From Eledone cirrhosa (lineage: Eukaryota), in the NCBI GenBank assembly GCA_964016885.1, contig OZ024756.1, positions 29,016,001 to 29,080,000 of the forward strand: a stretch of DNA of 64,000 nt. The letters run 5' to 3'. The position numbers and the translations under genes are program-made. Of this stretch, positions 40,488 to 53,130 are shown in pieces. The first letter of the stretch is position 1. Each line of letters opens with the position of its first letter. The notes under the pieces are model-generated. The model ran no database searches, had not been told where the DNA came from, and was given only the letters and a program-made list of their open reading frames with translations.

Positions 40488-41792
40488 CCACACTCTGGTC
40501 TACAGACGTCTTGTTGGTATATAGTCACTGTTAGATACTCTCCCCACTCTGGTCTACAGACATCTTGTTGGTATATAGTCACTGTTAGATACTCTCCCCA
40601 CTCTGGTCTACAGACATCTTGTTGGTATATAGTCACTGTTAGATACTCTCCCCACTCTGGTCTACAGACATCTTGTTGGTATATAGTCACTGTTAGATAC
40701 TCTCCCCACTCTGGTCTACAGACATCTTGTTGGTATATAGTCACTGTTAGATACTCTCCCCACTCTGGTCTACAGACATCTTGTTGGTATATAGTCACTG
40801 TTAGATACTCTCCACACTCTGGTCTACAGACGTCTTGTTGGTATATAGTCACTGTTAGGCACTCTCCACACTCTGGTCTACAGACGTCTTGTTGGTATAT
40901 AGTCACTGTTAGATACTCTCCCCACTCTGGTCTACAGACGTCTTGTTGGTATATAGTCACTGTTAGATACTCTCCCCACTCTGGTCTACAGACGTCTTGT
41001 TGGTATATAGTCACTGTTAGATACTCTCCACACTCTGGTCTACAGACGTCTTGTTGGTATATAGTCACTGTTAGATACTCTCCCCACACTGGTCTACAGA
41101 CGTCTTGTTGGTATATAGTCACTGTTAGATACTCTCCACACTCTGGTCTACAGACGTCTTGTTGGTATATAGTCACTGTTAGATACTCTCCCCACTCTGA
41201 TCTACAGACGTCTTGTTGGTATATAGTCACTGTTAGATACTCTCCCCACTCTGATCTACAGACGTCTTGTTGGTATATAGTCACTGTTAGATACTCTCCC
41301 CACTCTGGTCTACAGACGTCTTGTTGGTATATAGTCACTGTTAGATACTCTCCACACTCTGGTCTACAGACGTCTTGTTGGTATATAGTCACTGTTAGAT
41401 ACTCTCCACACTCTGGTCTACAGACGTCTTGTTGGTATATAGTCACTGTTAGATACTCTCCACACTCTGATCTACAGACGTCTTGTTGGTATATAGTCAC
41501 TGTTAGGCACTCTACACACTCTGGTCTACAGACGTCTTGTTGGTATATAGTCACTGTTAGATACTCTCCACACACTGGTCTACAGACGTCTTGTTGGTAT
41601 ATAGTCACTGTTAGATACTCTCCACACTCTGGTCTACAGACGTCTTGTTGGTATATAGTCACTGTTAGGCACTCTCCACACTCTGGTCTACAGACGTCTT
41701 GTTGGTATATAGTCACTGTTAGATACTCTCCACACACTGGTCTACAGACGTCTTGTTGGTATATAGTCACTGTTAGATACTCTCCCCACTCT
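40488..41792. repeat. 54-bp minisatellite, ~24 highly homogeneous copies
   Basis: Unit cactctggtctacagacgtcttgttggtatatagtcactgttagatactctccc; 18-aa periodic ORFs on both strands. Confidence 0.95.
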
Positions 41793-42177
41793 GTTCTTTG
41801 AATTTGTCTGACATTTGTACCACCTCTCATCAAATGTCTCATCTCAGATCTCTTCTTTCCTATCAAAACCCATATTATATCCTCCCTTCCAATTTTTTCA
41901 CACTAACCCCTACACCCAGCCCTTCATCACCTGCACGTATTTGTCACCAGATAAACAGTAACTGCATCGATCCCACATTTCTCTGATACGAAAGCCACGG
42001 GCACTGCTCCTTCATCTAGACAAAACCAGTTAACCATACAATTCGATGTGTCCTTTCTATCTAAAGACAGTTTGGTGTGATTTGAGGGAGATATTGTTAT
42101 TATTACTAGCTAGGAAAGTGACCACATTAAGGTTCTTTTGTTGGTTGTGGGTATATATCAAATGTTTTGCTTTCCTA

Positions 42178-42333
42178 ATTGTTTCTACTTTAGGCACAAG
42201 GCCAGCAATTACTCAGTGTATTACTGGTACTTTATTTTATCGACCCCGTAAGGATGAAAGGCAAAGTAAACCTCGGCGGGATTTGAACTCAGAATAGCAA
42301 GGGCCGTAACTGAGTTCAAATCCCGCCGAGGTT
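42178..42333 (-). mobile_element. Meta-domain-like SINE, 5'-truncated with short inversion
   Basis: SINE body, then inverted 24-bp copy (42269-42292 / 42310-42333). Confidence 0.85.
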
Positions 42334-42524
42334 GGTATCAGCATTGTGGGTAGCTGTGTTTATTAGGCTTTTTGTTATGGTGGTGGTGGTAGACTTGGTG
42401 TATGCATACATGAATCTATACTCGCGCGCGTGTGTGTGTGTGTGTGTATCTATACACGTGTAAACGTGTCTGTCTATACGAAAATGTGTGTGTGTACGTG
42501 TGTCTATGCACACATGCGTATGCA

Positions 42525-43146
42525 TGTATATATATATGTATATATATATGTATATGTAAGTGTATGTATATATGTATGTATGTATATATGTATGTATGTA
42601 TATATGTATGTATATATATATATGTATGTATGTATGTATGTATATATGTATGTATATATGTATGTATGTATGTATATATGTATGTATGTATATATGTATG
42701 TATGTATGTATGTATATATGTATGTATGTATATATATATATGTATGTATATATGTATGTATGTATATATATATATGTATGTATATATGTATGTATGTATG
42801 TATATATATATATGTATGTATATATGTATGTATGTATATATATATATGTATGTATATATGTATGTATATGTATGTATGTATGTATGTATATATATATATA
42901 TATGTATGTATATATGTATGTATATATATATATGTATGTATATATGTATGTATATATATATGTATATATGTATGTATATATGTATATATATCTATATAGA
43001 TATGTATATATGTATATATATATATCTATATAGATATGTATATATGTATATATATCTATAGATATGTATATATATATGTATGTATATATATCTATAGATA
43101 TGTATATATATATGTATGTATATATGTATGTATATATATATGTATG

Positions 43147-43177
<31 letters not shown>

Positions 43178-43182
43178 GTATG

Positions 43183-43213
<31 letters not shown>

Positions 43214-43218
43214 GTATG

Positions 43219-43249
<31 letters not shown>

Positions 43250-43372
43250 GTATGTATATATATATATATATGTATATATATATGAATGTATATATATATG
43301 TATATGTATGTATATGTATATATATGTATGTATGTGTGTGTGTGTATGTATGTATGTATGTATATACATACA
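42525..43372. repeat. (TATG)n/(TA)n microsatellite
   Basis: Directly visible. Confidence 0.95.
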
Positions 43373-43750
43373 TAGAGAGAGAGAGATTGTGTTGTAAGGA
43401 AAACGAAAGAAGAGTTAAATATATTAACGTTTCTTAGAATAGCGCTGATGTCATTGTACTGTGTAGCAAACGTTGTGTGGGTGGTGGTTTATTTTGTATA
43501 TATATGTTGGGGGAGGGGGGTGAAAATCTATACAAATATATATACATTATATTATGTGGTATATATATATATACACACACACACACCTAATATATGGTTT
43601 AATATATATATACCTAATATATGGTTTATATATATACCTAATATATGGTTTATATATATACCTAATATTATATGGTTTATATATAACCTAATATTATATA
43701 GTTTTATATATATATATACCTAATATTATATGGTTATATATATATATATA

Positions 43751-43929
43751 TTGGCAGTATCGGTAGAGGGTCGGACGCCATGCTTTCCAGCATAGTTACG
43801 TCCCTTTATGATCTGAGTTCAAATCCCGCCGAGGTTGACTTTGCCTTTCATCCTTACGGGGTCGATAAAATAAAGTACCAGTAATGCACTGGATAATTGC
43901 TGGCCTTGTGCCTAAAGTAGAAACAATTA
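43751..43929 (+). mobile_element. Meta-domain-like SINE
   Basis: Near-identical to 33300-33487. Confidence 0.9.
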
Positions 43930-43933
43930 TATG

Positions 43934-43976
<43 letters not shown>

Positions 43977-44699
43977 AATATATGGTTTAAACTTGCCACT
44001 CCATTCGTGATTTGAACACCTACCTACTAAGCAATGGTGGTAAAAATATTTTTTCCTAAGAAAATAACTGAGAGCCAGCTGTCACAACTTGAATACATAA
44101 ATACTATTTCTATAACTATTGCTACCTCCCAATGATACAAAACTGGAGAATGTGGGAGGGAATGCTCTCTTGAGGGGCCTCTCCATGGTCCCAACAGACA
44201 AGAAAGAATAGCGAGGGAGACGCTTTGGAATAGTAATTTTAACTTGTGGAGCTCATTCATGCAAGTGACCTACTCTGTCTTGATAACTGTGACTAGGGAG
44301 ATGGTATGGAGACCAAGAACGCTGGATGTCTCCACTATTACAGGTTCAACTGCTTGCAGCCTTCAGCTTGTCTGGCAAGGTATGTCCCCGAAAAAAACAA
44401 CTAAATTGCTGCCAGAGAAAGTGGATTTAATTATAGGATATTAGGATGATGATGGTGGTGTTGGTGGTAGTACATACTAATCAATGGCTTAAGGTTTAGA
44501 ACGAACCTGCTTTAGCTGGGTTGAAACATTGATGCCCATATAGTGTGTATGTGTACACGCACGCACACACAATCTGTTCGCTTTTAACGCAAATTCGTTT
44601 TAACGTCTTTTGAAAAAATATTATTAAATATTCACTTTGCGCGAATAACGTGTGGTTTTTAATTTTTTTTGTTTATCAGAAAATGAAATGGATTTGATT

Positions 44700-45180
44700 T
44701 CACCTAACTCTTGATAGTTCACTTTGACTGTTGCTTCTTTAGCCAGTGTTGTTGCCCATCTTCATCACCCTGGGCTTCTTGGTAATGATCCTCAATCTAA
44801 TCTTAGTGGTGTTGTTAGCTGCTGTAGATCTGCACAGGTTTTTTTCCTAGCAAAGTAATGTCGTCAGAAAAAGTCTTGCCCTCTCCACACAATTCCTTGG
44901 CTGGGTCCACCGTCAGTTCTTTTCAATATAAAGTTGCCAGCCAATAGAAATAGCGAGGGAGAGATGATTCGGCCTTGTCTGATAGCAGAAACAATGTTTA
45001 AGAGATCCGTTGTTCCAGAGTACGTTCTCACGTAGAGTAGTGAATTGGTGTTCATACAAGCTCTTAAAGACGTGACAGCGTGGTTCCCTGTACATACTGT
45101 GAAACACCTTCTGGAAATCGATGAAGTTGATCACCCATGGTTTCTTGTGTTCGATGCCCTGTTCAGTGATGTTTATGTTG
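44700..45180 (-). pseudogene. Decayed non-LTR (RTE-like) reverse transcriptase fragment
   Basis: Frameshifted motifs in order: FIDFQKVFHS (cf. FIDFxKAFDS), IRQGRIISPSLF (cf. GVRQGCxLSP), FSDDITLL (cf. FADD), RLRIITKKPRVM. Confidence 0.8.
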
Positions 45181-45745
45181 GTTACTGACATGTGGAAGTG
45201 ATTAAAGATACAATGATATTTTAGTGATTTATTTCTAAAGATATAACTAGATAAATGTTCAGCATATATGAAAACGAATGCCATGCAGAGTTAAATCTAT
45301 GAGTAACTTTGGAGAAATAATTATTTACAGAGACAAATGTAGGGAGGGAGGGGGGGGGGGGTCAATATTCGTAGATGGAAAAAGGAAAACAATGCTCAAT
45401 CAGGAACAGAGCAGAAATATATTATCTATATATGGTCATAAACTCGCCTGAAAAAAGGTCACTATTTTGACCTCTTGTTTTCTGGAGGTAAGGTCAAATT
45501 AGGGCCTTGAAACCTATGGTAGCGCCTTGTTCTGTGTATGAACGTAAATGAATAATATATATATATATATATATATAACCAAAAACCCTCCATCTCAATT
45601 CTACTTTCGAAAAGCACAAGAACTGCGAAGCCGGTAAAGGAACCAAATAAATATTTAAAAAAAGACTCCAGTTGCATTTTCGATTTCATTTTTTCACTCG
45701 TGTAGGACATCTCGTTTTTTTTTTTTCGTTTTGTAAAAAAACCTC

Positions 45746-45803
<58 letters not shown>

Positions 45804-45813
45804 TATTATTATT

Positions 45814-46118
45814 AAATGTAAGCTATCGCCGTATTTTGACTAAAGAAATTATTTAGCCTGATAGTGGGGTTAAGAACCCTCGGAGAAATGGAAAAAGATG
45901 AGTATTGACGTACATGTAAATGGTAGCACAGTGGCCCGGATAACCAAAGATGTGGGTTCGACTCCCATGTACGTCAATACTAATCTTTTTCCATTTCTCC
46001 GAGGGTTCTTAACTCCACTATCAGGCTAAATAATTTCTTTAATTTCTTTAGTCAAAATACGGCGATAGCTTACATTTCTAATAATTTCAAACCCACTCGC
46101 TGTTTCGAAAATATACTT
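45814..46118 (+). mobile_element. Fold-back element with tRNA-like core (45907-45976)
   Basis: ~100-bp inverted arms; loop aatggtagc..GTGGGTTCGACTCCCAT-GTACGTCA. Confidence 0.75.
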
Positions 46119-46231
46119 ATATATATATATATATATTTACTTATTACTATTTAATTAAATAGCTCTGTACAATACATAGAGCACTCTTCTTTCCTTTACC
46201 TTTTCTAGGGAAATACATCACACACATATAT

Positions 46232-46349
46232 AACAAAGAAGGTGTGGTAAGATACCAGGTGGACCATAACGCACCAGAGTACGCGATAAAGAGTCAGGAA
46301 CCCAACGGTTGAGCTCCAGTCGGAGATCAGCCGTCGGAGTCCTGACTCG

Positions 46350-46353
<4 letters not shown>
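46232..46353 (-). mobile_element. Family B element, internally deleted
   Basis: gtgtggtaagataccaggtggaccataacgcaccagagtac..gccgtcggagtcc. Confidence 0.7.
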
Positions 46354-46400
<47 letters not shown>

Positions 46401-46447
46401 ATATTAATTCAAAATGTTAACAAAATAGATATTCTTGTGATCAAGTA

Positions 46448-46514
46448 TATTTTATTATACATATTTCAGAGGTACTGAGTTAACTTCAACAGTACGTCCT
46501 CATCAGATAAAATA
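46448..46514 (-). ncRNA. Minimal type-I hammerhead ribozyme
   Basis: TATTTTAT-CTGATGA-GGACGTACTG..CAGTACCTCT-GAAA-TATGTA-TA-ATAAAATA. Confidence 0.85.
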
Positions 46515-46581
46515 AGATGATGCATGACATACCCTGACATAGTAGATGGTTAAGATTCGGTCATGGTAGTACCATGACTGA

Positions 46582-46646
46582 ATTTTATCTGATGAGTACG
46601 TACTGTTGAAGTTAACTCACTACCTCTGAAATATGTATAATAAAAT
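46582..46646 (+). ncRNA. Minimal type-I hammerhead ribozyme (stem II partly mutated)
   Basis: ATTTTAT-CTGATGA-GTACGTACTG..CACTACCTCT-GAAA-TATGTA-TA-ATAAAAT. Confidence 0.75.
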
Positions 46647-46781
46647 ATACTTGATCACACGAATGTCTATTTTTGTTAATATTTTGAATTAATATTAATA
46701 ACTCCGGAAAACCATTCTTTTGAGTGCTTCCAATCTATTGTATAACTCATTCTTTGATTTATTCATTGAACCTTGTTTAAC

Positions 46782-46783
<2 letters not shown>

Positions 46784-46849
<66 letters not shown>

Positions 46850-46968
46850 CACACCACACCACACCACACCACACCACACCACACCACACCACACCACACC
46901 ACACCACACCACACCACACCACACCACACCACACCACACCACACCACACCACACCACACCACACCACA

Positions 46969-47039
<71 letters not shown>

Positions 47040-47051
47040 ACACACACACAC
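46784..47051. repeat. (TA)n-(CA)n-(CACAC)n-(CA)n compound microsatellite
   Basis: Directly visible. Confidence 0.95.
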
Positions 47052-47603
47052 GTTTGCCATATAAAAAACAGGTAGAATTACAAATCCACTTTGAGGGCCG
47101 ACGAAGTTTGTTAAAAGATATCCCCCTCCCCCATATACACTTCTTCCAGTTCTGAGTTCAAATCCTATTAACCATCTCTCCCTCGATTTCTCCACCCTCA
47201 GTCTTTTCCTTTCTCTCTCTCTCTTTCTTCATCCTGCTCTCTCGTTCTCTATTCTTTTCCCTTCCCCCCCATCCCCTTTGTCTTTCTCTCCTTATCGTTA
47301 CCCCCCCTCCCTCTGTCCCGTACCTCTATCACTGTCTCTCTCTGTCACTGCCCTCTCTCTGTCTCGTACCCCTCTCACTGTCTCTCTCTCTCTGTCTGTC
47401 CCGTACCTCTCTCTCACTGACCCTTCCCCTCTCCCTCACTGACCCTTCCCCTCTCCCCTCACTGTCCCTCCCCCCATCTCCCTCCCCGTCCACCCCAGTC
47501 ACTGACATGGCTTATAGATACAAAACAAATGTCTTCTGTTTGAAAATGTTTATGTATTATGTAACACAGGTGAGCTACTCCGTGAAGCATGAAGTGAGCT
47601 TTA

Positions 47604-47713
<110 letters not shown>

Positions 47714-47816
47714 TATCTCTCTCACACACACACACACTTACACACATATATATTCATTTTAAGGTTAAATAGTGAATCTTGTTACTTGTTTATCACAGGG
47801 TCATACATACACGCAC

Positions 47817-48140
47817 ACAGGGTGTCCCCCAAAAAATGTATACATACTTTGATTACAATGCTGTTGAAGTGTGTATACATTTTTTGGAACATTATGCGCA
47901 CACACACACGGTATCCGTCAAAAATGTATACACCCTTTGATTACAATGCTGTTGAAGTGTGTATACAATTTTTGTGACATCCTGCATACACACACACACA
48001 GTGTGTGCCCCCAAAATGTGTACACACTTTGATTACAATGTTGAAGTGTGGGACATCATGCATACACACACACACACACACACAGGGTGTCCCCCAAAAA
48101 TGTATACATACAGATTACATGGCTGTTGAAGTGTGTACAC
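47817..48140. repeat. Tandem array of ~4 Tc1/mariner MITE-derived units
   Basis: cagggtgtcccccaaaaatgtatac..gattacaatgctgttgaagtgtgtatac repeated with (CA)n spacers. Confidence 0.75.
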
Positions 48141-48457
48141 ACACACACACACACACACACACCTAGACGCTGTATGTCTAGCTTTTACTTGCATGTGAGA
48201 TTTTGTCTGGAAGTTGTTCTGCTTCCTTGCAGCAGCAACCACAGCAGCAGTAACAACAACAACATCAGTAGCAGTAGCAGCAGCAGTAGTCACTACCACC
48301 ACAACCAGCAACAACAGTAGTAGCAGCAGTAGCTCTGGCGCTGTCGGTTGACCTAGCTTTCAAATATTCATAACAACAACAACAACAACACCGCCACCAT
48401 CTTCTCAATATCAAATCAGCTGTTTTCATTTCGTTCGTACATCAGCCGCCACTAAAA

Positions 48458-48492
<35 letters not shown>

Positions 48493-48761
48493 GCTACCAC
48501 TACTACTGCTACCACCACTACTACTGCTACCACCACTACTACTGCTACCACCACTACTACTGCTACCACCACTACTACTGCTACCACCATTACTACTGCT
48601 ACCACCATTACTACTGCTACCACTACTACTGCTACCACCACTACTGCTACCACCACTACTACTGCTACCACTACTACTGCTGCCACTACTACTGCTACTA
48701 CCACTACTACTACTACCACCACTACTACTACTGCCACTACTACTACTACTGCCACTACTAC

Positions 48762-48812
<51 letters not shown>

Positions 48813-48956
48813 TACTACTACTGCCACTACTACTACTACTACCACTACTACCACTACTACCACCAGTACTACTACTACTACCAGTACTACTACTACTACC
48901 ACCACCACCACTACTGCCACTACTACTACCACCACCACCACAACTACTACTACTAC
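48458..48956. repeat. (CTA/CCA)n trinucleotide tract
   Basis: Directly visible. Confidence 0.95.
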
Positions 48957-49115
48957 ATGCTTATGTATTTGTGTGTGAGTATCCATTTAAAAAAAAATTG
49001 TGTATATATATATATATATATACATATGTATGTGAAAAGTAAACGGATAGACAACACAGTAAAACAGTACAATGAAGATATATATTAGTTTAATTTTTGG
49101 GGGACACCCTGTATG

Positions 49116-49163
<48 letters not shown>

Positions 49164-49260
49164 GGTGTTCCCCCAAAAATTATATATATATATATAAAAT
49201 ATTAAAAAAATAATGAATAAAACAATGAAACAGTTCCTTATATTAAACAAAAAAAGTTCA

Positions 49261-49405
49261 TTATTTAACGATCGTTTCTAGGACATATATGTGTTAGAAT
49301 TGGCATGCATATTCAACAGATCTATGTACAAAATTATACAAAATTATACAAACTATCAAATTTAATATACATACCAACACATATATATGCCGTCTTCAGA
49401 AATAA
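49261..49405 (-). ncRNA. Type-I hammerhead with very long stem II
   Basis: TTATTT-CTGAAGA-[~114 nt, GGCATATAT..ATATATGTC]-GAAA-CGATCG-TT-AAATAA. Confidence 0.7.
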
Positions 49406-49409
49406 TAAA

Positions 49410-49554
49410 TTATTTCTGAAGACGGCATATATATGTGTTGGTATGTATATTAAATTTGATAGTTTGTATAATTTTGTATAATTTTGTACATAGATCTGTT
49501 GAATATGCATGCCAATTCTAACACATATATGTCCTAGAAACAATCGTTAAATAA
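49410..49554 (+). ncRNA. Type-I hammerhead with very long stem II
   Basis: Mirror copy; stem III CAATCG (one substitution). Confidence 0.65.
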
Positions 49555-49990
49555 TGAACTTTTTTTGTTTAATATAAGGAACTGTTTCATTGTTTTATTC
49601 ATTATTTTTTTAATATTTTATCTTGACTCTGTATTCCGTTTATCTTTCACCGAAAGTGATTTTTGAATGCATCTCTTCTTTCCATGATATCCGGATTACA
49701 ATGAGTTCTTCATACGGATTGGACACTACCGTAAACTCTTGGTAGATTTATCTACATATATATATATATATATTATTAAGTGTAATGAATTCTTTTACAA
49801 TGGAATTAGCTCGAAGGAGGAAATACCCCTGAGCCGTGTAGTATAATAATTAGTATACTTCATTCTGGCTAAATTTTCTTTTGCAATATATATACAGATG
49901 TGTTGGTATCTGTGTTTCATCATATATATATTAATAAAAACAATGAAATAAAAACAAAGAACAAGTTCCTTATATTAAAAAAAAAATCAT

Positions 49991-50118
49991 CATTTTACGA
50001 TCGTTTCTAGGATGTATATGTGTGTTGGTATGTATATCATATAGATCTATGTAAAAATATTACAAATTATCAGAGGAAATATACATACCTTCACATATAC
50101 AAGCCGTCCTCAGAAATG
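49991..50118 (-). ncRNA. Type-I hammerhead with long stem II (family E variant)
   Basis: CATTT-CTGAGGA-...-GAAA-CGATCG-TA-AAATG; stem I covaries relative to the 49261 copy. Confidence 0.7.
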
Positions 50119-50277
50119 TTGAGATGTGTTTATTGAAAAACAACAACAAAGATTTAATATATAAGCTCTAGCTGTTACTCTTTGTAATATAACCATACTT
50201 TACTACTCCAAGTATCGAGTACTCCATTGAGTACAGATCTCACCAGTTTCCAACTGAATTCATCCTGATATATATAT

Positions 50278-50476
50278 AACAAAGAAAGTGTGGTAAGATA
50301 CCAGGTGGGCCATAACCCACCAGAGTACTCGATACTTAGGGTAGTAGAGTTGGGTAATAGGAAAGGAGTCAGGCCCCAGACGGCTGAGCTCCGGCCGTTT
50401 TAACAGCTAGATCCAAACTGTTTGGATCTAGCTGTGGAAACGGCCGGAGCTCAGCCGTGGGAGTCCTGACTCTTTT

Positions 50477-50479
<3 letters not shown>
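50278..50479 (-). mobile_element. Fold-back element family B (subfamily)
   Basis: Palindrome acggctgagctccggccgttt..agctagatccaaac/gtttggatctagct..aaacggccggagctcagccgt plus tail. Confidence 0.8.
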
Positions 50480-50523
<44 letters not shown>

Positions 50524-50874
50524 CCGAGGTCAGCTTTGCCTTTTTCCCATTCAAGGTCGATAAAAAAAGTACCAGTCAAGTACTGGAATCGATTCTTCCT
50601 CTATATCTCTTTCTCACTTCCATTTCCATTCTCTCACTCTCTATCTTTCTCCAGAAGAAATCCGCTGTATTCAGACCTGGAAAGGAGATTGGCTCCGCCA
50701 GGTTTTAGAAATTTCACTAGAAACGCCGCATATCACTACGGCGCCCATACGATTCCCTCGGGGGTTACATGTTTATGTATGGAGACATGCTTCTGGTATG
50801 TGTGTGTGTGTAAATAAAAGCAAAGCTATCTCGAATATCGAGTTTGAAGCGCGGCTGTATTAGAATTCATAGAA

Positions 50875-51051
50875 TAATTATTTCTACTTTTGGCACAAAG
50901 CCAGCAATTATGCCAGTGTATTACTGGTACTTTATTTTATCGACTCCGTAAGGATGAAAGGCAAAGTTAACCTCGGCGGGATTTGAACTCAGACCATAAA
51001 GGACCGTAACTCTTTGCTGCATGGCGTTCGATCCTCTACCGATACTGCCAA
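50875..51051 (-). mobile_element. Meta-domain-like SINE
   Basis: Reverse complement of 33300-33487. Confidence 0.9.
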
Positions 51052-51124
51052 ATGAGAACACAACGCAAGGAAGCTGTTAAAACAATAAAATGCCGTCAAT
51101 GAGTGTTGGATAATATTTACCTCA

Positions 51125-51400
51125 AACACGATCTTATGTATGTCCACGATTGGATCCCCGGACAGAAATGTATCATTGAAACAAGAGCAGAAGTTAGCGT
51201 CATCCCAACATTTGCAAAGGACCTCTGTTACGGAGAGCGAGGTCGACCTTTGACAGCTGCCAATGGTTTCACAATCAAAATGTACGGACATCGCATTCTC
51301 TCCCTTCACATAGGCTCACGGGAATGTATATATATGGCCATTCACTGTGTCGTTGATGTCCATCATTTTCTCATCGAAGCAGACTTCCTTCGGGTTCATC
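51125..51400 (+). pseudogene. Gypsy/Ty3 LTR-retrotransposon aspartic protease remnant
   Basis: IIETRAEVSVIP (cf. LVDTGAEVSVIP), LTAANGFTIKMYG, IEADFL (cf. ILGADFL); catalytic DTG mutated. Confidence 0.8.
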
Positions 51401-51684
51401 TTCAAAGATGGACTTTCGGTGAGGGCGGTATCAAGACCCGAACTTTAGGGATAGATCGCTCTTTCTTACATTTGTTAATGTTTGTCATCAAATAAATAAT
51501 AGTTCAACAGATATCTTTATAATTTCATGTCTAATGAAATAAAGTTTTTTTACAATTGGTTGGACACTAGGTCCGAACACAGAGGAGCCGAACTCCCACT
51601 GTCATCGCCTCCATCTCTCTCGCCCTCCCCATCTCTCACTATTATGAGCAAATGGGGTCCCACATGCTGGCCGTCCCACGGCCC

Positions 51685-51925
51685 CGACGGACAGAATGGA
51701 GAAGGCGTTTCCCCGGAGGATGGTAAGGGAGATGCGCTGGAAGAGCCATTCCATCTCGCGAGGCTCACACCTGCGGCTGGCCAGCTTAGCACTCATGGTG
51801 GTAAGTAGGGAGGTAGCCCTAGGGCCAAGGACACCAGAAGTCTCCACTGCTAGGAGCTCGACTGCAAACCTGTCGGAGAGCGACCGATACTTCGAGAGTT
51901 TGCCCTCCTTAGCCCGAAGTGCAGT
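51685..51925 (-). pseudogene. Restriction-like endonuclease C-terminus of a CRE/NeSL-type non-LTR retrotransposon
   Basis: KLSKYRSL..AVETSGVLG..LFQRISLTILRGNAFSIL resembles K..KY..VET.G..QR.S..QRGNA. Confidence 0.7.
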
Positions 51926-52199
51926 TTGTTGTTATTTTACATATAGTTTAACTAAAGTTATAGGGTTGCTATTCTCTTTGTGTGTGTGTGTGTGTGTGAA
52001 AACGAGTGACAGCGGTTTCGGCTTTCGGGTCACGATCGTGAGGACATGGCACGACGATCACAACGACGAAGGGCATTCGACATCCTTGTCCGACCTTTCA
52101 GGGACAGCTTCCTCTAGGCCCATTTCTGAGTGGGACCTGCCACCCTGCTCGTAATCTTATCCCAGTTCCTGTCCAGAACTCCCACTAACAACAACTCCA

Positions 52200-53130
52200 T
52201 TACATCACCACCAACTCTACTACATGACCAACACTATCACCAACACTCCTACATCATATATACCACCACCACATCACCACCACCACCAACACATCACCAC
52301 CACCACCACCACCACCACCCTCACATCCCCACCACCACCCTCACATAACCACCACTACTACCACTACCACATCACTGCCACCACCACTACTCTCACATCA
52401 CCAACACCATCATCACCACTACCACCCGACCATCAACACCACTGAACACTACTACTACCACCACCATCACCACACCCCACTATACACCACCAACACCACT
52501 ACAACCACCATGACCTCTACCACCAACACCACTACCAACATTAATACCACCATCACCCGACCACCATCAATACCACCAACACCACCAACACCCCAACACT
52601 ACCAGCACCAACACCCCAACACTACCACCACCCGACCACCACCACCAACAACACCACCACCACCAACACCACCACCACTACCACCATCACTACCACCATC
52701 ACCATCACCACCACCACCATCACCACCACCACCAGCACCACCACCACCACCACCATCACCACCACCACCACTACCACCATCACCACCACCACTACCACCA
52801 CTACCACTACCACCACTACCACTACCACCATCACCACTACCACCACTACCACCATCACTACCACCATCACCACCATCACCACCAACACCACTACCACCAT
52901 CACCATCACCACCACCACCACCACCACTACCACCATCACCACCACCACCACCACTACTACCACCACCACCACCACCACTACTACCACCATCACCACCACC
53001 ACCACTACCACCATCACTACCACCATCACCACCACCACCACCACCACCATCACCACTACCACCATCACTACCACCACCACCATCACTACCACCACCACCA
53101 CTACCACCATCACCACCACCACCATCACCA
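52200..53130. repeat. (CCA)n trinucleotide tract
   Basis: Directly visible; source of the poly-Pro/Gly/Val ORFs. Confidence 0.95.

Larger units (their letters stand above)
46401..46783 (+). mobile_element. Fold-back element family D with two hammerheads
   Basis: Homologous to 37281-37708; (TA)n on both sides. Confidence 0.85.
49195..49620. mobile_element. 426-bp near-perfect palindrome, fold-back family E
   Basis: Arms mirror around 49407; each arm carries a hammerhead core. Confidence 0.85.

Noticed and set aside
41920-42076. Candidate exon after the 54-bp array
   Set aside because: Frames from the best acceptor hit stops; an open frame needs a weak acceptor or an indel.
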